A stretch of 64,000 nucleotides of DNA, taken from sequence record MK234886. One strand, 5' to 3'. Below are positions 18,640 through 27,324 of this stretch, piece by piece (the first letter of the stretch is position 1; each line of letters begins with the position of its first letter). The position numbers were made by a program, and so were the translations under genes. Below the pieces are notes generated by a model. That model saw nothing but the letters and a program-made list of their open reading frames with translations, had not been told where the DNA came from and made no database searches. The DNA is from Escherichia phage AnYang.

Positions 18640-19200
18640 TTAAGCGTTCATAGTTGGGATAACAGAGTTCAGATAAGAGACTAAAGCTTTGAGCTCGTCC
18701 TTAGTAAATACCACTTCATTTTCACCGTCGTGTCTTTGGGTCAAGGATAGCAAATCACGACCCTGATGTTGATACACGGACAATTCGGTGTCATAATCCA
18801 GTTCTTCTTCATCACCTTCAAATGTTTCACTAGAACGAATCACTGCATCTTGGCCAGGGACTTTCCATTCAACTTCTGGCTTACATTCTTCTTGGAACAG
18901 TTTAAAAATACATTTAAAGAAATTAGCAGAATCACTAATGCTTAGGCATTCTGCATCCGTTTCTAAATTAAACCCGTTGTCATGGTTATAAATCTGGGCC
19001 CACATATCATCGTTAATATCAAATACACCTCTAAAACTACCCTTAAGATATTCATGTTTGTCCAAAACCTTTAAATTATAAAGCGGCTTGATATCTTGGA
19101 TAGTCAGTACGATTTTATCGTCTTCTTGTGAAAGCACAATTGCATTATCAACTACTTCAGCAGTCAGGTCACCAAACAGCCCAGATGTTTCAATAATCAT
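18640..19200 (-). CDS. hypothetical acidic protein (186 aa)
   Basis: ORF with GAGGAA SD. Confidence 0.55.
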   Translation of the reverse strand: MIIETSGLFGDLTAEVVDNAIVLSQEDDKIVLTIQDIKPLYNLKVLDKHEYLKGSFRGVFDINDDMWAQIYNHDNGFNLETDAECLSISDSANFFKCIFKLFQEECKPEVEWKVPGQDAVIRSSETFEGDEEELDYDTELSVYQHQGRDLLSLTQRHDGENEVVFTKDELKALVSYLNSVIPTMNA

Positions 19201-19210
19201 TTTCCGTTCC

Positions 19211-19393
19211 TCATTTCACATTTTGTTTAATAAAATTTAACAACTCTTTAAGAGCTTCATCTTCTTCTTTAGAAAGCCTGCTGCATTCACTAGCTGGGTA
19301 ATCATTGCAAAACGCAGTTTCAAATCTGGCCACTGCTCCAGAATATATCTCGATAAGCTCTTCAAGTTTTAAATGCTTTTCTTCGGTTTTCAT
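19211..19393 (-). CDS. hypothetical protein
   Basis: 60 aa ORF. Confidence 0.4.
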   Translation of the reverse strand: MKTEEKHLKLEELIEIYSGAVARFETAFCNDYPASECSRLSKEEDEALKELLNFIKQNVK

Positions 19394-19396
19394 AAA

Positions 19397-19606
19397 TCAC
19401 CGGTTGTGTTTTAAAATACTATAAAGCTCTTCAACTTGGCTTGCATCCAGATAAATGACCTCGTCATCTTGTTCCAGAACAATACCACCTTTAACAAGGT
19501 TCCATTCTACCACTTCAACAGTCATATCATCACCAGAACCGGCTAATGTCTCAGGTTCTAGAACAATAATACCATCTTCAGAATTACCACTCGGGTCATA
19601 TAACAT
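19397..19606 (-). CDS. hypothetical acidic protein (start uncertain)
   Basis: ORF-track start is TTG at 19681; ATG at 19606 has GAGGAAA SD. Confidence 0.4.
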   Translation of the reverse strand: MLYDPSGNSEDGIIVLEPETLAGSGDDMTVEVVEWNLVKGGIVLEQDDEVIYLDASQVEELYSILKHNR

Positions 19607-19701
19607 TACAGTTTCCTCGCTAACCATGAAAAGAATAAACCAATTAAAACTGGCCCTACAGCCATTGTTAGCCAAGCCCAAGGTTCAAGATAGTAAATCA
19701 T
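19606..19701 (-). CDS. possible 31 aa hydrophobic micro-protein
   Basis: AGGAG SD; TAATG coupling to downstream gene; hand-translated. Confidence 0.25.
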   Translation of the reverse strand: MIYYLEPWAWLTMAVGPVLIGLFFSWLARKL

Positions 19702-19725
19702 CTCATGCTCCTGTGCCATCAGCCA

Positions 19726-19908
19726 TTATGCTTTCAATTCTTCTAAATAATCAACCAAAGCCTGTTTTGATTTAGCCAAATCTCGTTTACACCGTTCTAT
19801 TCCGGAATATGAATAACCTTCACACATCTCAACCGCAAGGTCGTTAGAATCTCTTTCAATTTCAATAGCCAATTTAAGAATTTTTGCACACTGTTCAGTA
19901 GTTAACAT
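19726..19908 (-). CDS. hypothetical protein
   Basis: 60 aa ORF. Confidence 0.4.
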   Translation of the reverse strand: MLTTEQCAKILKLAIEIERDSNDLAVEMCEGYSYSGIERCKRDLAKSKQALVDYLEELKA

Positions 19909-19912
19909 AATA

Positions 19913-20149
19913 TCACCAGTATTTGTTGATGGTAGAAATTAATTCTTGGACCTGGGCTGTATTCAGTTTACATCCACATCCCTTTAATGTGTCTTTAAGG
20001 AGCCACGGTTCCTTGAGCTCGTCCTTTTCTAGACGAATTCTGTATCCTCGATAATCGGCGAAGATACTTCGATCGTCGAATATCTTAATCTCAAGGATAC
20101 GACCGTTGATTTCATATTCTAATGAAACCGTAGTACTTGCAAGTTTCAT
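19913..20149 (-). CDS. hypothetical protein
   Basis: 78 aa, GAGGAAAA SD, early promoter upstream. Confidence 0.5.
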   Translation of the reverse strand: MKLASTTVSLEYEINGRILEIKIFDDRSIFADYRGYRIRLEKDELKEPWLLKDTLKGCGCKLNTAQVQELISTINKYW

Positions 20150-20177
20150 ACTGTTTTCCTCATTAGTTGATAGGTCT

Positions 20178-20206
20178 ATAGTATCATGTTCCTAGAGGAT
20201 GTAAAC
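20178..20206 (-). promoter_or_regulatory. T4-type early promoter
   Basis: GTTTAC -35, TACTAT -10. Confidence 0.5.
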
Positions 20207-20213
20207 ACCTAAA

Positions 20214-20241
20214 CGAAAAAAGGTCCCACCGAAGTGAGACC
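20214..20241 (-). terminator. rho-independent terminator (minus strand)
   Basis: GGTCTCAC-TTCG-GTGGGACC hairpin (G-U wobble only on minus strand) followed by U6. Confidence 0.55.
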
Positions 20242-20246
20242 TTTGA

Positions 20247-20630
20247 TTATTCTAACGTCAGCAAATACTTAGTCTGGTAAAAGACACCAGTGATATCGTC
20301 CAAAGTCGACTGGATGGCCTTAGGAAGAGTGTCATAGATTTTATCAGATGCTTTAAGAAGCTCGTCAAGAAAATCTACCGGGTCCTTAGGCAAGTCTGAA
20401 GCAGACGGTAATGATGCTTTATATTCTTTGCCACTGAATCCAAGATATTGCTCACTAAATTGGTCCAGAGGTCCTTGAACTTCTACATAATAGAAGTCAT
20501 ACGCTTTGTGTCTTGCATAGCTTTTGGTTTCTAAATGGGCTGACTTAAAATAGGCTAAAGAAACCAGTAGCCAGCCAATATAAGAATCCACTTCAGACCC
20601 TCGACCGGGTACGAAATCATTGAATTTCAT
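20247..20630 (-). CDS. hypothetical protein (127 aa)
   Basis: ORF ending at terminator. Confidence 0.5.
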   Translation of the reverse strand: MKFNDFVPGRGSEVDSYIGWLLVSLAYFKSAHLETKSYARHKAYDFYYVEVQGPLDQFSEQYLGFSGKEYKASLPSASDLPKDPVDFLDELLKASDKIYDTLPKAIQSTLDDITGVFYQTKYLLTLE

Positions 20631-20910
20631 CTTCTACCTTCATTAGTTTTACATAACGCTCTCCGATGGCACGACCTTCAATTGAGCACGTTTCTATAGT
20701 CCGACAACTTGAAATCTTCCAAGACGTCTTAAGATAGGCCCAATAGTCTTCGGAGGCCTTTACGCTGGGTCTACTCATTTGCGCATAAACAGGCATCGCA
20801 CTACTAGCAAATGCATCCATCAATTTATCATTGGTATTATTTGCTAGTGAAACTGTAGGGCTTAAACATCCCGCCATAAGGATACAAGCCGCTGTACGGA
20901 AAATATCCAT
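20617..20910 (-). CDS. rI: lysis-inhibition regulator rI-like membrane-anchored protein
   Basis: 97 aa with N-terminal signal anchor; position upstream of tk as in T4; sequence similarity only loosely recalled. Confidence 0.45.
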   Translation of the reverse strand: MDIFRTAACILMAGCLSPTVSLANNTNDKLMDAFASSAMPVYAQMSRPSVKASEDYWAYLKTSWKISSCRTIETCSIEGRAIGERYVKLMKVEDEIQ

Positions 20911-21002
20911 ACAAAAGTCCTTTGTTGTTTTATACTATTTGCCTTTCGGCCTTAACCGATAGCGATTACCAAAAGCTAAAGCTCTACGGTTAGTATTATT
21001 AT

Positions 21003-21281
21003 TTATAGCTTTTTAAGCTTACTACAATAAGAATAGAACACGTCGTTAAAATTATATTCAACCCAATTCCTCTGTATAGGCGAGGTAATAGAAAGCATAT
21101 AATGCGCTTTAATTAAATCCATCCCATTTTTATTAGGACACTCTTTATTATTAGCATTATACGTCGCTGCTACAACCTCTATCTCTCTTTTGTAAGCCAC
21201 ACCATCCATGATAGGCAAAAGAACAATATAAGAAATAGCCACAGCGAGCGCTAGAATTAAAATCTTTGAATTTAGGTCCAT
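21003..21281 (-). CDS. small membrane protein
   Basis: 92 aa, N-terminal TM helix. Confidence 0.5.
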   Translation of the reverse strand: MDLNSKILILALAVAISYIVLLPIMDGVAYKREIEVVAATYNANNKECPNKNGMDLIKAHYMLSITSPIQRNWVEYNFNDVFYSYCSKLKKL

Positions 21282-21288
21282 AGTACCC

Positions 21289-21861
21289 TCAACTCGTTAT
21301 TTCTATCCAGTGCTTCCTGCACAATGACACGTAAGAATCGTTGCCACCTATAGAAACTTGGGCTCCGTCCTTAATTGCGATACCATCTTGGATACGAGCC
21401 GTCATAGTAGCTTTACGGCCGCAATGGCACACACCTTTGTACTCAACGAGTTTATCTGCTGTAGCGAGTAATTCAGCAGAGCCAGGAAACAGTTTACCCT
21501 GAAAATCAGTTCTTAGTCCATAGCACATAACCGGAACATTATAATTGTCTACTATCTTTGCCAGTTGTTTTATCTGTACAGGTTCTAAGAACTGCGCTTC
21601 ATCCACAAACACACAGTGGATATCTTTTTGAGATTCAGCCCAACGATAGAACTCGTATAGGTCCATATCCGGAGTCACTGCATTAGCCTCTTGGCTAATC
21701 CCTATACGAGACGAAATGCTATGGCTTGATTCTCTATTGTCTATCGCAGGCTTTAAAAGAAGTACGCCCATACCACGTTCTTTGTAGTTATGAGCGGCTG
21801 TTAGCAATGAAGCGGTCTTCCCGGAATTCATTGCTGCGTAGTGAAAATAAAGTTGGGCCAT
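21289..21861 (-). CDS. tk: thymidine kinase
   Basis: 190 aa; P-loop MNSGKT, C-terminal Cys cluster typical of type II thymidine kinase. Confidence 0.9.
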   Translation of the reverse strand: MAQLYFHYAAMNSGKTASLLTAAHNYKERGMGVLLLKPAIDNRESSHSISSRIGISQEANAVTPDMDLYEFYRWAESQKDIHCVFVDEAQFLEPVQIKQLAKIVDNYNVPVMCYGLRTDFQGKLFPGSAELLATADKLVEYKGVCHCGRKATMTARIQDGIAIKDGAQVSIGGNDSYVSLCRKHWIEITS

Positions 21862-21870
21862 ATTACCTTC

Positions 21871-22062
21871 TTAAAGACTATTTACATAAGCTATTAATTC
21901 ATTTTCTTTCTCATCAAATCGATTGGCAAATTCTTCCTGATGTTCGGGAGATAGTGGGCCGTATTCATCATAAAAGGCGTTTGCTTCTGTATGCTCGTCC
22001 AAAAGCTCATGGATAAGCTCAAACAATTTATCTTTCTGTTCTTTACTCAGACTCATAACCAT
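21871..22062 (-). CDS. hypothetical protein
   Basis: ORF-track start is TTG; ATG with AAAGGTG SD chosen. Confidence 0.4.
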   Translation of the reverse strand: MVMSLSKEQKDKLFELIHELLDEHTEANAFYDEYGPLSPEHQEEFANRFDEKENELIAYVNSL

Positions 22063-22265
22063 TGCACCTTTAAGCAATATTCTTCTACATGCTGTTTACG
22101 TTTATTTTTATCTATAAAAGTATATTCAACGTATTCACCGATATACCATTTATCGGTGTTGTGTTGACTTTTTATAGGGCATTTAGTTACTCGGGTTTCG
22201 GTCCAGCGTCGAATAATTTCCGCTTTGTTTTTAGGGTCAAACGGATGCGGGTAATGGGCTTTCAT
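22053..22265 (-). CDS. hypothetical protein
   Basis: 70 aa ORF. Confidence 0.4.
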   Translation of the reverse strand: MKAHYPHPFDPKNKAEIIRRWTETRVTKCPIKSQHNTDKWYIGEYVEYTFIDKNKRKQHVEEYCLKVQWL

Positions 22266-22704
22266 AATCTACCACCACTAAATTAATATCAGGAGTAAAC
22301 AAATTAATCAATTGATAAACCTTGTCCCAATCACCACCAGCAATACCACAACCAATGCGAGGAATATAAATTCTTGGTTTAAACAAAAGACCTTTTGCGG
22401 TACGGTTTAATTCTATCATACAGTTTACTAAAGCACCGTAATCAAGATTAGGGCCTGGTTCGTATTGGGTGTATAAATTATAGCAAATTTGCCCATTATT
22501 ACCTGTGGCTTGAGTAAACGTGCCAAGTTTTTCCAAATGGCCTAAATAAGTGGTTTTATCGATAGCGAGAATAGGCGGATAAGCCTTAGCTAATTGCCCG
22601 GCTACACCTGAACCCATTGTGTGGAAACAGTTGCACCCGTGTGCAACATTATTACCTTGAAGAAACAGGGCGACAATATCGCCCTTAATATAATCAATAA
22701 TCAT
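22237..22704 (-). CDS. macro-domain-like protein (possible ADP-ribose binding or hydrolase)
   Basis: 155 aa; VAHGCNC...MGSGVAGQ and RIGCGIAGGDW resemble macro-domain glycine-rich loops. Confidence 0.5.
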   Translation of the reverse strand: MIIDYIKGDIVALFLQGNNVAHGCNCFHTMGSGVAGQLAKAYPPILAIDKTTYLGHLEKLGTFTQATGNNGQICYNLYTQYEPGPNLDYGALVNCMIELNRTAKGLLFKPRIYIPRIGCGIAGGDWDKVYQLINLFTPDINLVVVDYESPLPASV

Positions 22705-23057
22705 TTAGAGTTTAATCCTCGATTGTATGAATCAACGAGTCTGTCTACCATAGACGCGCACATTTCTTTGTACTTTTTATCAGATGGAACACATTCAGTA
22801 ACATTTAGACGTTGCTCGTACCTTTTAGAAAGAGTTTTCTCTTTCATTCTGCGATGCTCTACGTCGTTCTGTCCATCTTTAAAAGCCGCTGTGATTTTTG
22901 AACTGAATTCGATAACACATTCAGTATTACTTGGATGACAATAATCTTTTGCTGTGCGGGTAGCATACTCAACAATTGAATTATTGCTATCATCAACTTG
23001 TGACGCTAATACTCCCGGAGCGATCAACATAAGCGCTATAGTCATCTGCTTAATCAT
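22701..23057 (-). CDS. secreted/periplasmic protein
   Basis: 118 aa with N-terminal signal peptide. Confidence 0.5.
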   Translation of the reverse strand: MIKQMTIALMLIAPGVLASQVDDSNNSIVEYATRTAKDYCHPSNTECVIEFSSKITAAFKDGQNDVEHRRMKEKTLSKRYEQRLNVTECVPSDKKYKEMCASMVDRLVDSYNRGLNSK

Positions 23058-23597
23058 TTAATATACCGCCTCAAACATCTTTTTAGATTTTAGGTAATTG
23101 GCCTTTTCTAGAACTTCAGAAGCATACTTACTGCCTGCTTTGACGTTCCAGCCCGCATTATAAGAAGCAATCGCTTTTCTCAGGTCACCTTTGTGAACAT
23201 CAATCCAATAAGACAGCTCAATGTAGGCCCAAGAGGCACTGTTCTGTCGTTTTTGGACCATACGAATTATTTCTTTGTCAGACATCTTCCAACCTACCTG
23301 TTGAACACGACTTCTTAACGTAGGCAAGTAATTTTGGAACATGCCATAAGCATGGTGCTTATCTTTATTTAAACCCTGATTAATTCCGGCGGATGATTCC
23401 TGCCATAGTAATCCGGCCATGATATATCCTAATCCTTTTTGATTAGGGTTTTCTTTGAACTTTCCCGACTTTTGGTATTGTTCACCGAAAGCATACGCAT
23501 AATGTAAATTATCGAGTTGTTCATTACTGAAAGTAGGCTCTACGCTATGGGCAGACATACTAACTGTCAATAGTAAAGTGGCTAATACTTTTTTCAT
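23058..23597 (-). CDS. secreted lytic-transglycosylase-like protein
   Basis: 179 aa; signal peptide; LLWQESSAG...AYGMFQ resembles SLT catalytic motif. Confidence 0.55.
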   Translation of the reverse strand: MKKVLATLLLTVSMSAHSVEPTFSNEQLDNLHYAYAFGEQYQKSGKFKENPNQKGLGYIMAGLLWQESSAGINQGLNKDKHHAYGMFQNYLPTLRSRVQQVGWKMSDKEIIRMVQKRQNSASWAYIELSYWIDVHKGDLRKAIASYNAGWNVKAGSKYASEVLEKANYLKSKKMFEAVY

Positions 23598-23609
23598 GAG
23601 ACCTCATTA

Positions 23610-24068
23610 TTAAAGATAGATTACTTTAGTGCTTGTTTTACCTTCTAAACGTTTAGAGTTAACAAATGCCATACGGCATTTAAGGGAATATCCTTTATCA
23701 GGATGTTTACGGTCTACTGTCATACCTAGCCATAAGGTTTTATCGGTAATTTCGAGACGCAATGGACGATACACTTTACCAGGGACAATTTCGGATTCTA
23801 CATCAGGCAGAGGTTCCTGGATTAAGAATTCATGGATTTCTTTAACATGGTTATGGAGTTGCTTGAATAAAGCAAAAACGTATTTTTCGTCGATTTCACG
23901 TTGGATAGCACGGTCCAACAAATGATTAGAGTACTTAATAAAGAAGGCTGGGACTCCGCTCTTAACGGCGGCTTTTTTGATGGACGCATTCAGTTCGCGG
24001 AATTCGGTTTCGAACTGACGACGTAATTTGTTGCGGCGGATGAATACTTCTGAATTAATTTCTGACAT
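23610..24068 (-). CDS. regB: endoribonuclease RegB
   Basis: 152 aa; strong similarity to T4 RegB as recalled (EVFIRRNKLRR...HLLDRAIQREIDE). Confidence 0.9.
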   Translation of the reverse strand: MSEINSEVFIRRNKLRRQFETEFRELNASIKKAAVKSGVPAFFIKYSNHLLDRAIQREIDEKYVFALFKQLHNHVKEIHEFLIQEPLPDVESEIVPGKVYRPLRLEITDKTLWLGMTVDRKHPDKGYSLKCRMAFVNSKRLEGKTSTKVIYL

Positions 24069-24096
24069 TTTGTAATCTCCTGTAGTTGATAGGGTT

Positions 24097-24125
24097 ATAG
24101 TATCACGTCTACAGGAGATGTAAAC
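24097..24125 (-). promoter_or_regulatory. T4-type early promoter with CTCCTGTAG/CTACAGGAG inverted repeat
   Basis: GTTTAC -35, TACTAT -10; downstream arm holds the regB SD. Confidence 0.5.
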
Positions 24126-24129
24126 AGCT

Positions 24130-24339
24130 TTATTCTTGGAATGGGGTAAGTTTTCCAGCAGCAGAACAAATTTCTACCAATACAGGATAAAACTCTTTCA
24201 CCTGTTCAAGGCGTTGGGCTGCATACTGTACTTCACCTTCTTCGAGACAAGCCATTTGGTCGTCAAGCAAGTATTTGTGGTAGCCAGTACAGGCTTCACC
24301 GATGATACGCTGGAAATCTTGTAAACTTTCAATTTTCAT
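24130..24339 (-). CDS. hypothetical protein
   Basis: 69 aa ORF. Confidence 0.45.
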   Translation of the reverse strand: MKIESLQDFQRIIGEACTGYHKYLLDDQMACLEEGEVQYAAQRLEQVKEFYPVLVEICSAAGKLTPFQE

Positions 24340-24617
24340 CAGTATTTTTCCTCAGGTTGGAAAACGGAACGACACGCCCACATGCTTGCTTCTTTCAAGC
24401 GTTCGATTGCCGTACGAATCTGGGTGATGCGTTCATGAGCCTGGTCTAGTTCTTGTTCAGAAACCTCTTCGGTGTCTAAACCCATATAATGGTTGACATG
24501 CTCTTCTTCCAGAGCTTTAAACATTAACCCAAGACGAACTTCAGCATCTTTGATAGCGTTCACTTTACCGATTTTATCGTCGGTATGCGGCTTATAACCC
24601 TTAATATCTTCAATCAT
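24339..24617 (-). CDS. hypothetical protein (vs.4 position)
   Basis: 92 aa ORF downstream of regB in tiled operon. Confidence 0.5.
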   Translation of the reverse strand: MIEDIKGYKPHTDDKIGKVNAIKDAEVRLGLMFKALEEEHVNHYMGLDTEEVSEQELDQAHERITQIRTAIERLKEASMWACRSVFQPEEKY

Positions 24618-24832
24618 TTCACTTCCTCATCAGATGCAATATCGTATTCAACTAAATGAATCCCATCATATCCACCACGAACAGAGATATATGTGCTAGG
24701 ATAAACGGTTTCTTTACCATTCCATTGTCCGCTATCCCAGCATTCCAAAAAGCCTTGTTCGCCCTGTTCGTGGAACCAGTCAACAAACATCTTCAGAGCT
24801 TCATCAGAGCCTTCAATTGTCAATTTAGACAT
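24614..24832 (-). CDS. hypothetical protein
   Basis: 72 aa ORF. Confidence 0.45.
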   Translation of the reverse strand: MSKLTIEGSDEALKMFVDWFHEQGEQGFLECWDSGQWNGKETVYPSTYISVRGGYDGIHLVEYDIASDEEVK

Positions 24833-25121
24833 ATTTTTTCCAGTCAGAAATCATATGAATCTCTTGGTCATAAGTTAAGAGACTGCGAGTAATAATACCC
24901 TTACAAGGCCCTGAGATGAACTCGAGAGTGAAGTAAGGAACCTGTTTCATTAATCGGATGCTTGGGGCATGACATCTAAAACGAGAGCCCTTAAAGGGCC
25001 CTGTCATGAACACGTATTCTAGTGGGTAAAAATAAGCATATTCAAAATTCGCGGTAAGGTCCTCTCTTCGAACCTTACGTGAGAAATAACAGAACTCAAA
25101 AAGTTCTTCATCAGTCATCAT
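24825..25121 (-). CDS. hypothetical protein
   Basis: ORF-track start is GTG; ATG ATG with AGGAA SD chosen. Confidence 0.45.
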   Translation of the reverse strand: MMTDEELFEFCYFSRKVRREDLTANFEYAYFYPLEYVFMTGPFKGSRFRCHAPSIRLMKQVPYFTLEFISGPCKGIITRSLLTYDQEIHMISDWKKYV

Positions 25122-25645
25122 TGCATTCCTATCACAAAGAACAGAGGCAAAGGCTTGTCGCCTTGGCACATAAATTTATTAATCATTACCTGATAAGCTT
25201 CATAGAACTTATCCATTGCCGGAAGACGCATCGGCTCTTCAATAATAATCAATAATCGAGTAACAGATAGTCCACGATACTTATGAAAATTGTCTTCATC
25301 AAGGAAACTGCGCACAGTATCATAGACAACAAAACCAGGACCTTCGACTTGGAGATGTGGGTATGCCTTAGAAACCTGTTTTATTACATTACAAATTTCT
25401 CGCGAGCGATGCGAAGAACTTGACATAACAATCACATCATTACCCTTAGAAACCCAATCAGCCGCGAACTGAGCAAGGGCACTTGTTTTACCTGTTTGGC
25501 GTCCGCCATCAAGTCGAAGAGTACCAAACTCTTGCATTCTTGAAGCTGGTTCATACCAGGTGTATTGGTCTGAATCTAAACGTTCAATGGCGCGTTCAGC
25601 GAAGGCGTGCATTAAGGTTAGATAAATGGGAGTTAAAAATTTCAT
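25118..25645 (-). CDS. small P-loop NTPase
   Basis: 175 aa; Walker A GGRQTGKTS, Walker B LLIIIEE. Confidence 0.55.
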   Translation of the reverse strand: MKFLTPIYLTLMHAFAERAIERLDSDQYTWYEPASRMQEFGTLRLDGGRQTGKTSALAQFAADWVSKGNDVIVMSSSSHRSREICNVIKQVSKAYPHLQVEGPGFVVYDTVRSFLDEDNFHKYRGLSVTRLLIIIEEPMRLPAMDKFYEAYQVMINKFMCQGDKPLPLFFVIGMQ

Positions 25646-25806
25646 AGTAGTCTCTTAGCGGTGGGGCCATTCCTTGGCACATTAAGTCGTCCATGTATCC
25701 GTATGTAAACCCTTTACCGCACTTGGGCTCGACCTTATTACAGGTAGGGAAAGGTCCATCACTCAGAGGACGCGACGTTCATGAGGAGAGGGCCGGCTTG
25801 CCTTTA

Positions 25807-26106
25807 TTAGAAAGAACCAGAGCCTTTAATTGTGTTCTGGCGACCTTTATTTTCTAATTCAGAGTGGTCGATTTCATATGCTTGTGCTACGCCAAAGGCC
25901 TTTTTAACTTTAGCTAAAGAACCTTTAGATGTAACAATATTAAAAGTATTACCTTTGGTAAAATCAACCAAATCGACTTGTACACCCTGTTTACCAAGGC
26001 TTGCTACAATAGCGTCAACATATTCTTGGTCTAAATTACCTTGAACTCCAATTTGAAATGCTTTAGGAGCTTTGGCTTCTGTAATAAATTCTTGATAAGT
26101 TTTCAT
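25807..26106 (-). CDS. internal-protein-like protein with capsid targeting sequence (CTS)
   Basis: 99 aa; N-terminus MKTYQEFITE matches the T4 IP leader with Glu at position 10. Confidence 0.65.
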   Translation of the reverse strand: MKTYQEFITEAKAPKAFQIGVQGNLDQEYVDAIVASLGKQGVQVDLVDFTKGNTFNIVTSKGSLAKVKKAFGVAQAYEIDHSELENKGRQNTIKGSGSF

Positions 26107-26114
26107 ATTATTCC

Positions 26115-26474
26115 TTAAAGATGGTCAAGCGCCGGGTTATGAGGTTTTTCTGCTTTAGTAGTGTTTTTATGCCAATCTGATTTGGAAACACGAATTGCAT
26201 CAGCACCATAAGAACTCTTAAGGATACCTTTTTTATTGTACACGCTTATTGAAGTAAGAGAATCGCCATTCCAAGTAGCATGGACAAAGTTAGATTTAGA
26301 TTTAAGTTCTTTAGCCAAGCTCTGGTTAGATGCCATAGAAGCGAAATCTTTACCCGTAACTTTAAAAACTTCAGATGGGTTCAACCCTTCTTTAGCTTTA
26401 GCCAACTGTTCAGGCGACATAGCTTCATTAAGACGCTGAGTTGATTCTGTAATAAATTCTTGATAAGTTTTCAT
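26115..26474 (-). CDS. internal-protein-like protein with CTS
   Basis: 119 aa; N-terminus MKTYQEFITE. Confidence 0.65.
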   Translation of the reverse strand: MKTYQEFITESTQRLNEAMSPEQLAKAKEGLNPSEVFKVTGKDFASMASNQSLAKELKSKSNFVHATWNGDSLTSISVYNKKGILKSSYGADAIRVSKSDWHKNTTKAEKPHNPALDHL

Positions 26475-26516
26475 ATTATTCCTTAAGTTGATAGAAGTAT
26501 TCTATCACGGATTTAA

Positions 26517-26933
26517 TTAAGCGTAAATAGCCTTGCCATAATATTTGTACCAAGTAGGTCGCTGTGCAATTTTTTCGTCCAAACGGGCCTGAGATATAGC
26601 TATAGAAGCTTCGTGAGGAGTATAGTCACCACGGAATTCCTGAGGAATATCACTAATGTCCTGGACCGTAGTGTCCTTGATATTAAAACCACGTTTTAAA
26701 CATTCGGCTATAAGCTCGATTTGACGTTTACGTAAAAATTCAAGCTTATCATAAAAGAAAGTAACATGGCCTGTACCGAGGATAAAAGTAGAGCTAATTT
26801 TAAAATCACGAACACGTTTACCATTAGCAACATGCTTACGAACTGTGCCGAAAACACGTGGTAATTCGCGATATTCAGCCATTAAGTGCTGGTCGGCCAA
26901 TTCAGATACTAAGGTAAGGTTGATACGAGTCAT
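26517..26933 (-). CDS. denV: endonuclease V (pyrimidine dimer DNA glycosylase) DenV
   Basis: 138 aa; near-identical to T4 DenV as recalled. Confidence 0.95.
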   Translation of the reverse strand: MTRINLTLVSELADQHLMAEYRELPRVFGTVRKHVANGKRVRDFKISSTFILGTGHVTFFYDKLEFLRKRQIELIAECLKRGFNIKDTTVQDISDIPQEFRGDYTPHEASIAISQARLDEKIAQRPTWYKYYGKAIYA

Positions 26934-26993
26934 TTTAGTGTTCTCCGTGTTTGTATGAGAACACTATATCACAGCTGTTGTAAAAGTAAACTG

Positions 26994-27296
26994 TTATTTA
27001 GCTTTAATTGCTTTAGCTGCTTCGGTAGCCGCTTGCTGAAGGTCATCCATAGACATACCGAACTTAGAAGCAAAGTTATCAATTTTCTTTTCGACAGAAT
27101 TCAAAGGCTTGGCCTGTTTACCTTCATTAGCGCCAGGGAGAGCGAGAATACGCTCTTTCTCAATATAAAGGCTTACAAGTTTCTTACGGTCTTTATCTGA
27201 CAAATCATGAAATGAATGGGCCTTTTTATTTACAGCGGCTTCTAATTTACCTGCGGTTACGCGGGCTTCAGTGATAAATTCTTGGTAGGTTTTCAT
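26994..27296 (-). CDS. ipII: internal protein II
   Basis: 100 aa; MKTYQEFITEARVTAGKLEAAVNKK...; matches T4 IPII as recalled; synteny. Confidence 0.8.
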   Translation of the reverse strand: MKTYQEFITEARVTAGKLEAAVNKKAHSFHDLSDKDRKKLVSLYIEKERILALPGANEGKQAKPLNSVEKKIDNFASKFGMSMDDLQQAATEAAKAIKAK

Positions 27297-27324
27297 ATGT
27301 TTCCTTTAAAGGTAAATCGCTTTA

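Noticed and set aside
21000-21007. Minus-strand TATAAATA about 90 nt upstream of the rI-like gene
   Set aside because: Lies within the 3' end of the upstream coding sequence and is far from the ATG; possible but unsupported late promoter.
25646-25806. 161 nt intergenic region considered as a possible small RNA or intron remnant
   Set aside because: Only a weak promoter-like GTTTAC box and short inverted repeats; no convincing conserved RNA structure or ORF, so left as an untranslated leader.
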